Source of the DNA: Candidatus Fraserbacteria bacterium
Lineage (GTDB): Bacteria > Bipolaricaulota > Bipolaricaulia > RBG-16-55-9 > JAJCYT01
Direction: 5' to 3'
DNA length: 64,000 nucleotides
Assembly: GCA_029262795.1 (NCBI GenBank)
Contig: JAJCYT010000018.1
Location: 103,982-167,981, forward strand
Position 1 is the first letter of the stretch. Every line of letters starts with the position of its first letter. Shown piece after piece: positions 43,899-51,489 of the stretch. The translations under genes were made by a program, and so were the position numbers. The notes under the pieces are model-generated. The model had not been told where the DNA came from, did no database searches, and saw only the letters and a list, made by a program, of their open reading frames with translations.

Positions 43899-46333
43899 GA
43901 TGCGTTGATCAAACCTGTATAAAGCTGCACGGTGTTTTTGGCAACGGTGTCCCAGTTGCGCTGCGCTTGCCATTGGCCGCTGACCTGTTGAGCATGTTGG
44001 CCAAGTTCACTGGAAGCAAAAAATGTTTCCAGTTTGACGGCCAGTGCCTGTGGATCAAGCTCAAACAACAATTCGTCTGCCAAAACCCCTTCAAACGCCT
44101 GAGATGCCAGAAAAGCGCGCTCGTAGGCAATGCACAAGGCCAAAGGCCCGCTGCTGGAAATGACCACTCTGTAAGGAAAAACCACCACATCCGAAGCTGA
44201 AAACACATCGGCCAAATCTTCTTCTGGCACAAACCCAAGCGGACGGGCTTGATCACCAAGACGTTCAAACGCATCATCCAATGTTTTAAGATACGCTTGA
44301 TACTCAGGGTCTTCCTTGCGCCTGGGATGCGGACCGCCGCCAAACATCAACACCCATTCTGGGTGTTTTTTCGCCGCAAGCTCAAAGGCTTCGATTAAAA
44401 TCTCGACCCCTTTGTAACCAGTGAGATAGCCCAAATAGAGAACAACTTTTTTATCCACCAAGCCCAAGCGTTGTTTGGCTTTCATTGGATTTGGCTTTTG
44501 TTCAAAAAATTCGACCCCATGAGGAATCACAGTGATCTTGTCTGGGTTGCAGTGATATTCGTTGACCAAATACCCTTTCAGCTTTTCTTCATGCGTAATG
44601 GCGTGGTGGGACAACATCACAATCGTTTTCACCAAACCATAAAGAACCATAAATAAAAGCTTTGGATGGCCTTTTAATCCATTTTCCTGAATGAAGCTGC
44701 GATTGAGTTTCGACAAAGGCAGGAACCCGTGCAGCGTGACAACCACCTTGGTCTGAGAACGAATCAACAGCAACAGCAATGGAAACATCAACGCCGATAG
44801 TCCGTGCCCATACAAAAACAATTCGTGCTGCAAGTGAACCAGCTGAGGCCGTTGTTTTCTGACTTCACGCCAGATCTGAAAAGGATACAACAAACCAGGT
44901 TGCCAGCAGCGAGCCACATGATCTGCATCTTTCAAATCAGCCTGGCTGGGTTGGTTCCCAATCACACTGGGATGCCGCGTTTGCCGAGCGATCGCTTCGA
45001 TGAGATTTTGCGTGTAGGACGCCACCCCACCTTCTGAGCCATGCTTGGCTTCAAGTGTGGGATAGGTCGACACCATACAAAAAGAATCGGGCTTTGTTGC
45101 CACTTGATCTTGTTTTGTCCACACCCATGTCAGGCCCAGCAACAACATCAAGCCATGAAATCCGAACAAGATGCTGGCCATTTGTACCAATGATTCATGC
45201 AGCCAAAACAGCGTGACCACTTCCAGCGCGCCGAGCAGAACCATGAAGGTCAACAGTCCATGCAGCCGATGTGCCAATGCATAGTGCAGCACCACGGCCA
45301 CCCCCGTAAATGTCAGCATGGCCAGGCTGTAGATGGGCAAAATCGAGGCAGCACCCAAAAATTCCGATCCAAACAACATCTGAATCACCCATTGCGGAAA
45401 CAGCACCGCAATCAAAGTGGCTGCCCCGCCCATGATGCCACTGATGAGCAAGGCTTTGGTCAGATGGTGGCGGGTTTTTGAAACAAGCGGCTGCTGTGCC
45501 GCCTTTGGCAACAACACCGAACTTGCCCCCAATGCCAAGAATAAAAATGCTTTGCCAATTACAGCAGCAGACGTGTAAAGGCCCGCATCTAGATTTAAAA
45601 AATATTGCTTGACCAAAATCACATCAACATTGGTGGGAATGGCCAAAATCACCGCCAGCCAAAAAGCCCATATACCAGATGATTTGATTGAGTTAAATGC
45701 TGATGTTGTATCAACAGAAGTCGGCACAGGCGATTTGTTTTGCCAAAAAGCCAAGCCAAAGGTCATTAAAGAGGCGATGCCCCATCCTGCCCACGCCCCC
45801 CAAAGTCCCATGCCTAGGATCACGAAAACAACGCTTAGCGTGAGCTTTACTATCGGCTCTACGATATTGAGGATGGCCAGAGATTTAAATTGCAGTTTTC
45901 CTTGAAACACACCTTTCAAGATGGGCAATGGCAAAGCCATCAGCCAAACCGTCGACATCCAAACCAGCATCACGGGGTCTAAATTCAATGCACTTCCCAG
46001 GGGCAAGCTCAATGCCCCCATCAACACAAAGATGACGACAGCGATCACCCCAATCTGACGAAAGCGGCCCCGATTTGAACCCTGTTGCTGTGCCGTGGTT
46101 CGTGCCAGTTGGAGCTGTGAACTTTGGCTGAACAGCCATAACAAATAAAACAATCCTAACAAAGCGCCAAAATCAGCATAGGTTTCGGCCCCCAACAACC
46201 GCCCCAAGGTGATGTGGTAGACATAGCCTATGGCCCCACCCACCATCAGCGAGGCGGAAACCATAACGCTTTCTTTCAGTGAATGGTCAGTGCGCAAGGC
46301 GTTTAACGTGGTTTGAATCAATTGAAAATTCAT
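43895..46333 (-). CDS. fusion protein: Wzx/MOP-type polysaccharide flippase (N) + GT4 glycosyltransferase (C)
   Basis: 812 aa. Residues 1-~420 are polytopic and flippase-like (LMVGGAIGYVYHITLGRLLGAETYADFG...). After the junction WVWTKQDQVATKPDSFCMVSTYP comes a GT-B enzyme (VVLYLGYLTGYKGVEILIEAF...VVVFPY). Confidence 0.7.
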   Translation of the reverse strand: MNFQLIQTTLNALRTDHSLKESVMVSASLMVGGAIGYVYHITLGRLLGAETYADFGALLGLFYLLWLFSQSSQLQLARTTAQQQGSNRGRFRQIGVIAVVIFVLMGALSLPLGSALNLDPVMLVWMSTVWLMALPLPILKGVFQGKLQFKSLAILNIVEPIVKLTLSVVFVILGMGLWGAWAGWGIASLMTFGLAFWQNKSPVPTSVDTTSAFNSIKSSGIWAFWLAVILAIPTNVDVILVKQYFLNLDAGLYTSAAVIGKAFLFLALGASSVLLPKAAQQPLVSKTRHHLTKALLISGIMGGAATLIAVLFPQWVIQMLFGSEFLGAASILPIYSLAMLTFTGVAVVLHYALAHRLHGLLTFMVLLGALEVVTLFWLHESLVQMASILFGFHGLMLLLGLTWVWTKQDQVATKPDSFCMVSTYPTLEAKHGSEGGVASYTQNLIEAIARQTRHPSVIGNQPSQADLKDADHVARCWQPGLLYPFQIWREVRKQRPQLVHLQHELFLYGHGLSALMFPLLLLLIRSQTKVVVTLHGFLPLSKLNRSFIQENGLKGHPKLLFMVLYGLVKTIVMLSHHAITHEEKLKGYLVNEYHCNPDKITVIPHGVEFFEQKPNPMKAKQRLGLVDKKVVLYLGYLTGYKGVEILIEAFELAAKKHPEWVLMFGGGPHPRRKEDPEYQAYLKTLDDAFERLGDQARPLGFVPEEDLADVFSASDVVVFPYRVVISSSGPLALCIAYERAFLASQAFEGVLADELLFELDPQALAVKLETFFASSELGQHAQQVSGQWQAQRNWDTVAKNTVQLYTGLINAS

Positions 46334-46446
46334 GATGACCTACAATCGCTCTATATGCCTAAGAATAGGGTCAACGCCCCCTCTGTTAAAGAAGGGGCGT
46401 TTCATATTAGAATATATTAGTTAAAATTATAGAACGATTTGCCAGA

Positions 46447-47535
46447 TCAACCAGTGGTCAACGCAACATTGTAAGGGGTGGGATTCATCCAGGGAGAAGA
46501 CACCTGATCGCCTTCCTGAATGGCCAATGCAGCGTGAACCACATTTCGATCAACCATCCCTTGCTGGAATAAAAGGTCGCCCAGCTTCTGACCATTGCCT
46601 TCGCTTTTTTGTAAGATCAACATTTGATTGAGCTCCTGGACAGAAAGCATATTCATCTCGCACAGAATCTGGCCCAGCTTTTTAGCAGCTTTGGATTTGT
46701 GAGAATCGTTGTGATCGACTGAGTTGAGCAGTGCGCTGAAGTTTTTCACCGCTTTGAGGCGCAGGCGAATCAGTTGCCAAAACATGTCAGGCACCGTTTT
46801 GAGCACATTCAGTTGGGAAGGACGGGTGTCTGGCTGAATGTCGATGGACACTTCTTGGATCAAGTGGCCGTTTTGGTAAATGTTATACAGCAACTCAACA
46901 TCAAACGCCCAGCCTTTCAGTTGTAGATCGGCCAGCACTTGATCCACAATTTCTCTGCGAAACACCTTGGCCCCGCACTGGGTGTCGGCATAAGGCAGCC
47001 CCAACACCAGCGTGGTCAACTTGCTAAATGCTTTGCCTGCAATGCCGCGCATGGCAGAAGTGTGTTCCTGATTTTTAGGCGCAACATATTTCGAACCGAT
47101 AAAGCCATCAATGGTGCTTGATGATGCCAAGGGGCCAAGCAATTTGCTAAATTCATCAACGGTGATCTGGCCATCTGCATCGACAAAGCCCACCAAATTG
47201 CCACGTGAAAGCTGAAGGCCAAGTTTGATGGCCTGTCCTTTATCGGCTTCATCTCGCATGGCCCAGCCGATGTTGGCGTGGTTTTCACTAAATGCAGTGA
47301 CTTTTTCCAATGTGTTGTCTGAACAGCCGTTAAGGATCACCCAAATTTCATAGCTGTAGGGCTGCTGATCCAGGTAAGACACATATTGAAGCAACGTGTT
47401 TTCAATCGTCAATGCTTCATTATAAGCCGGAATAATCAGTGAAAAATGAGGCTTTACAGCAGCCATGTGCTGATCAAAAGCGTGTTTGTCTAACCAATCG
47501 TTTTTGGGATGCGTCGTTGCAAAATCTGCGATCAT
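46447..47535 (-). CDS. polyprenyl-phosphate glycosyltransferase (GT2, GtrB/DPM1-like) with C-terminal MshEN/T2SSE_N-like motif pair
   Basis: GT2 motifs: FSLIIPAYNEALTIENTL, VDADGQ (DxD), DTQCGAKVFRR. The C-terminus has KLGQILCEMNMLSVQELNQMLILQ, then 7 aa, then KLGDLLFQQGMVDRNVVHAALAIQ. Confidence 0.75.
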   Translation of the reverse strand: MIADFATTHPKNDWLDKHAFDQHMAAVKPHFSLIIPAYNEALTIENTLLQYVSYLDQQPYSYEIWVILNGCSDNTLEKVTAFSENHANIGWAMRDEADKGQAIKLGLQLSRGNLVGFVDADGQITVDEFSKLLGPLASSSTIDGFIGSKYVAPKNQEHTSAMRGIAGKAFSKLTTLVLGLPYADTQCGAKVFRREIVDQVLADLQLKGWAFDVELLYNIYQNGHLIQEVSIDIQPDTRPSQLNVLKTVPDMFWQLIRLRLKAVKNFSALLNSVDHNDSHKSKAAKKLGQILCEMNMLSVQELNQMLILQKSEGNGQKLGDLLFQQGMVDRNVVHAALAIQEGDQVSSPWMNPTPYNVALTTG

Positions 47536-47553
47536 AGTCGGGGTCCTTCCAAA

Positions 47554-48936
47554 TTAACTGCCTGGGACTGGTATATCCGTAGGTGGCACAAAAAAGTACG
47601 TAAGTTTGTCAAATTTACCGCTGGCACAAGCCATCGCTGCTGGATCAAAGCCCTGAGGCGGTGAGGAAATCAGTCGATTCAACACCAAGAAACTCAAATC
47701 AGGCACATCCAGCCCATCTACAAATTCATCGGCACTGCCAGCAGAGATTAGCTTTTCACGCACAGCTATTTCAAAAGCGGCTTCTTCCGCACGCTTGATG
47801 CTCATTGTGATCAAAATTTGATCCAATAAAGGCATTTCAACGTTCAGTGCGCGTAACATAAATAAAGAGGCTGCGCCTTTGCTGATGGGATCATCTGCAA
47901 CCACCGGATAATCTTGTGGTATCACACCTTCAGACACAAAAAATGCCACGATTTCATCAATGGTGGCATTAGAGGGAAGATCCATCGACCCATTGCTCAA
48001 AACGAACAATAAGCGCAAAAATTCTTCATGCGTCAGCAACTGTCTGGGGATCAACGTATTGATGTAATCCACAAGTGATCTGGATGAGAAGCAATTTCCG
48101 CAAGACAGGTTGGGCAACAAAATGGCTTCAGTGGCCAATTGTGCCACTTCTTCCGGCAACAACACCCTGTTATAAATGCGGGCTTCGTCCAAAATACCAG
48201 GCAATACACCCATGCCAGGCGTGTTGGTTTCTGGATTGAGGGCTGATCCTAAGTAAAGCAAATCATCATTAATTTCAATCGGGCCAGGGCCAAGGGTGAC
48301 TGTTTGATCAACCTGACCATCCAGGTAAAGTTTGGTTTCACCCGTTTCGGCATCGTAAGAAAGCGACAAATGGAACCAGCGACTTTGAGGAACGGACGTT
48401 TCACTTAAAATCGTTTGTGGCTCACCGGCAATATTTAAATGCCCCTGCGCTTTCATTTCTTCATGCTCAATCCCCAAGCCATATACATCAATATTGGGTT
48501 TGGCAAACGCAAAAAATTCCTCATCTTCGCTGTCTTCAACAAGGTTCTTATTGAGGCAGATCCAACATGTCAGGGTCAACGTGTTGTTGACATCTAAAGA
48601 GTTTGTATCTTTCACCTTGGCGATAAATGTTTCTCGGCCGTAGAAATTCAACCCAAACTCAATCAAACCGTTGACCCAGCTTGGGCCATCGAGTTCGCCA
48701 TCATTGTCAAAGGGGGAGCGGTCGAACAAAATCCGTCCGCTGCCTTCATCGAATGTCCAGTAGCCCACCAAACCTTCATTCAAACGATCAATGTTCACCT
48801 GCGCTTGAGTCACAGGATCTGCAATTTGATGAAGGGTCAGCAGAATGAGCGCAAACAGTGCCAGGCGCTTCAAATTTTTTAAGATCATTTCTTGCCTCAT
48901 TTTAAATTGATATAAATTTAAAGTTCTTATGAACAC
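47554..48936 (-). CDS. secreted LamG (concanavalin-A-like lectin) domain protein
   Basis: LamG entry motif LVGYWTFDEGSGRILFDRSPFDNDGELDG and exit motif LDEARIYNRVL. I did not recognise the ~190-aa C-terminal domain. The likely start is M17 (48888), behind GAGG. It ends 18 nt upstream of the GT2 gene. Confidence 0.75.
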   Translation of the reverse strand: MFIRTLNLYQFKMRQEMILKNLKRLALFALILLTLHQIADPVTQAQVNIDRLNEGLVGYWTFDEGSGRILFDRSPFDNDGELDGPSWVNGLIEFGLNFYGRETFIAKVKDTNSLDVNNTLTLTCWICLNKNLVEDSEDEEFFAFAKPNIDVYGLGIEHEEMKAQGHLNIAGEPQTILSETSVPQSRWFHLSLSYDAETGETKLYLDGQVDQTVTLGPGPIEINDDLLYLGSALNPETNTPGMGVLPGILDEARIYNRVLLPEEVAQLATEAILLPNLSCGNCFSSRSLVDYINTLIPRQLLTHEEFLRLLFVLSNGSMDLPSNATIDEIVAFFVSEGVIPQDYPVVADDPISKGAASLFMLRALNVEMPLLDQILITMSIKRAEEAAFEIAVREKLISAGSADEFVDGLDVPDLSFLVLNRLISSPPQGFDPAAMACASGKFDKLTYFFVPPTDIPVPGS

Positions 48937-49325
48937 TTATCCAACCTAAGCAATAACATAACATTGCTTTGCGCAACAATTATTCAGCTCTCAAGTGAAC
49001 AATATGTTGCAAATAAAATGTAGGCTCGTTTTGGTTCTCTCGCCTGTACGCGCCTTTAAGTTGTGTTTATTTGGGATTTTGCTGAAACCACCCAATAAAC
49101 ACAGTCTTGAAACTGTATTTCTTGCTCATGGGTAATCCAGCCATCTGGGAAATTCAGATCTGTGATTTTGCGCCCTTATCTCACGATAAGTTTGCCTTTA
49201 TCGCATGAGACTTTGGTAAAAGCCTCAAGATATTTTTTCTCTATTATACACAATAAGTTTAAAAATACAACTATGTGCTATGGAGTTTAACAATTATAAA
49301 GCATTTTTTTAAACTTGTCAATATA

Positions 49326-50675
49326 TTAGTGATGCTGTCCTTGGTAACGCCAGCGCCATAAAAACCAACCCAATTCAATGCTCAGGATAATTACCAAGAT
49401 GCGAATCAGCGTTTGTGCATCCACAAACGCATGTGGCTCACTGATCATCATCCAGTTTGAAACCACAGAATTGGTTGCCGCGCCTTGTCCACCAGGCATC
49501 ACTAATGCCAGTTTTTCATTCAATTGATTTATCGTTTTCAGCAATCCTTTTAAAGAAGCATCCATCTCCTGAGAAAACTCAAACCCAACCACAGTCGCTT
49601 CAGCCAACTGTGGTTGAACCTGCAACATGTAATAGGCCGCAGCAATGGCAGGCGTGGTGTAAAAATTCCCATCGTCTATTTGCCATTGCCCTAGGGTTTC
49701 ATTGAAATTTACAGTGGTGCCACAAGCTGGACACCGCTTCAGCAGCTGTTGCGCGCCAGGGTGTGAAAGCCATTGTTCAAAGTAAGTCAAGGCGGATGCA
49801 GAGACGGTTTGATTCATTTGAAACTGCGTATCCAGCAAGGACAACACTTCAATTAAAGAGGCGATATTGGCTGATTGATTTTCTTCAACAAGGTCATCGT
49901 CTAAGACCGTTGCTTGCAATTCTGCTTCCAGATTGGCAAGCACTGTTTGTGTTTGTTGCCTAAGCTGATCATCACTGCTGGCTGCCAGGAAACTATGCAG
50001 CGCCTTAAACCAAATTTGCTTGGTGGGGCGATCAAAATCCCATTGATCTGCTTGAGAAACCAGCTTGGTGAGCAAGGTAGAGAAAAGCTCGTCAGCCAAG
50101 GGGCTTACAAAACGTTGCAGCAAACCTGGTTCATTGGTTTGGGCACCATCATTGATCAACCCATCAATGGTGGCGCTGTATTCGGACAGCGCCCACAACA
50201 TCAGCACTTGGTCTTTGGGCACAAATGAAATAGGCAAAGTGTCGGTTTCTTGCCAGCGGTTTGTATAAAGCAGGGTTTGCTCATCCTTGAGTTGGATGGT
50301 GGCAAACTGAATCTGCTTGGCAATCAGGTAAGCAAACACCAGCGCTCTTGGAGATCCACTGCGTTTAAGTTCATCTGCCCAGGCCAACTCAGCCAGGATA
50401 GTCCAGGCCAGGGTTTCCGTATGCACCTCGCTGCTGTTGTTCTGCGCATAAGGGGCAATGTTGAAATAGAACTCATTCAAGGGGCGTTCAAGGCCAGATT
50501 CAAACTGTTTTGACTCCAGCTCTGAGGGCTCCCAACGAACACCAAAGCCAGACTTCAAGGCCAGAAACTCCACCACATCGCCAGGCCATTGTGCCTGCTC
50601 CTGAGCCAACACAACTGGTGAAGCCAACCCGATGACCATCAACACGCCGAGCCAGCCAATGCGCCACATCGTCAT
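49326..50675 (-). CDS. tail-anchored envelope protein, paralogue of the N-domain of 31418..33721
   Basis: 449 aa. Signal MTMWRIGWLGVLMVIGLASPVVLAQE. ETLAWTILAELAWADELKRS aligns with ETLSYAIIAELSWASRFQQL in the 767-aa protein. C-terminal TM LIRILVIILSIELGWFLWRW. Confidence 0.65.
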   Translation of the reverse strand: MTMWRIGWLGVLMVIGLASPVVLAQEQAQWPGDVVEFLALKSGFGVRWEPSELESKQFESGLERPLNEFYFNIAPYAQNNSSEVHTETLAWTILAELAWADELKRSGSPRALVFAYLIAKQIQFATIQLKDEQTLLYTNRWQETDTLPISFVPKDQVLMLWALSEYSATIDGLINDGAQTNEPGLLQRFVSPLADELFSTLLTKLVSQADQWDFDRPTKQIWFKALHSFLAASSDDQLRQQTQTVLANLEAELQATVLDDDLVEENQSANIASLIEVLSLLDTQFQMNQTVSASALTYFEQWLSHPGAQQLLKRCPACGTTVNFNETLGQWQIDDGNFYTTPAIAAAYYMLQVQPQLAEATVVGFEFSQEMDASLKGLLKTINQLNEKLALVMPGGQGAATNSVVSNWMMISEPHAFVDAQTLIRILVIILSIELGWFLWRWRYQGQHH

Positions 50676-50679
50676 CTCC

Positions 50680-51489
50680 TCAAGAACGGTTCAGATCGTT
50701 GGTATACAATTGCAGAATTTCCGACTGAGACAACACGCGGCTGTACAGGCGCACTTCATCCAACAAACCTGGCCAGGCATGGACGTCTACAATATTTTCA
50801 GGTTTTTTCATCGAAATGGAAAACGGCTCTTCAGGGACAGAATCAATGTTTCCTGGGGTGCGGTTTCTTTCCACCACCAACGTGTCATCCAGATAAAGCT
50901 GCATCTGCCCCGTTGTTCCGTTGTAGCTGAAGGTAATGTAAACCCAATCTCTCAAAGGAAATGGATCGTCTGACGAGGTGCGAATCACCTGTCGCTCCTC
51001 GGCCACGTACACCGAGGCGCTCAGCGTGCCATTTTGCTCCAGAATCAAGCCGAAAGGACGGGACCCTCTGGAGGCATTGCCAAACAACAAACGCCAATCA
51101 TTGCCAGAAGTGGTATCCGGATTACTGTTCAAAAATGCCCACATGCTGATGGTAATGCTGGTCAGACCATCAAGCCGTTGATTAAAGGGAATCAACACAT
51201 GGTCATCAAATCCATCAAAAGACAACGCTGCATTGTTGTGTCCATTGGTCCAGTTCGGACTGTTTTGCAACGTGCCATTGTGTCGAAAAGCAGAACTGTC
51301 CTGAGCCACCTGGCCTTGATCCTCATCAAACGACCAGTAGCCGATCAAACCCGCAGATACAGGTGAATTGGGTTGTGCATGAGACAAAACGCTGATAATC
51401 ATAAGTAGCGATAAAAAACCAGCAAAGCGCAAGGTCCATTTCATTGATATATTAAACATTTTCATCTCCTTCATTGATTTCATCATCAT
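50680..51489 (-). CDS. secreted LamG domain protein
   Basis: LIGYWSFDEDQGQVAQDSSAFRHNGTL ... LDEVRLYSRVLSQSEILQLY. Signal peptide FAGFLSLLMIISVLSHAQ. The exact start is ambiguous because there are several Met codons. Confidence 0.75.
   Translation of the reverse strand: MMMKSMKEMKMFNISMKWTLRFAGFLSLLMIISVLSHAQPNSPVSAGLIGYWSFDEDQGQVAQDSSAFRHNGTLQNSPNWTNGHNNAALSFDGFDDHVLIPFNQRLDGLTSITISMWAFLNSNPDTTSGNDWRLLFGNASRGSRPFGLILEQNGTLSASVYVAEERQVIRTSSDDPFPLRDWVYITFSYNGTTGQMQLYLDDTLVVERNRTPGNIDSVPEEPFSISMKKPENIVDVHAWPGLLDEVRLYSRVLSQSEILQLYTNDLNRS

Noticed and set aside
49063-49102. Inverted repeat GTGTTTATTTGGG/CCCAATAAACAC in the 390-bp AT-rich gap, and hairpin AACGCCCC/GGGGCGTT at 46373..46401, as terminators.
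   Set aside because: Neither is followed by a convincing U-tract on the relevant (minus) strand. The first is more than 200 nt from the upstream stop. They may be weak terminators or protein-binding sites, so I did not list them as features.
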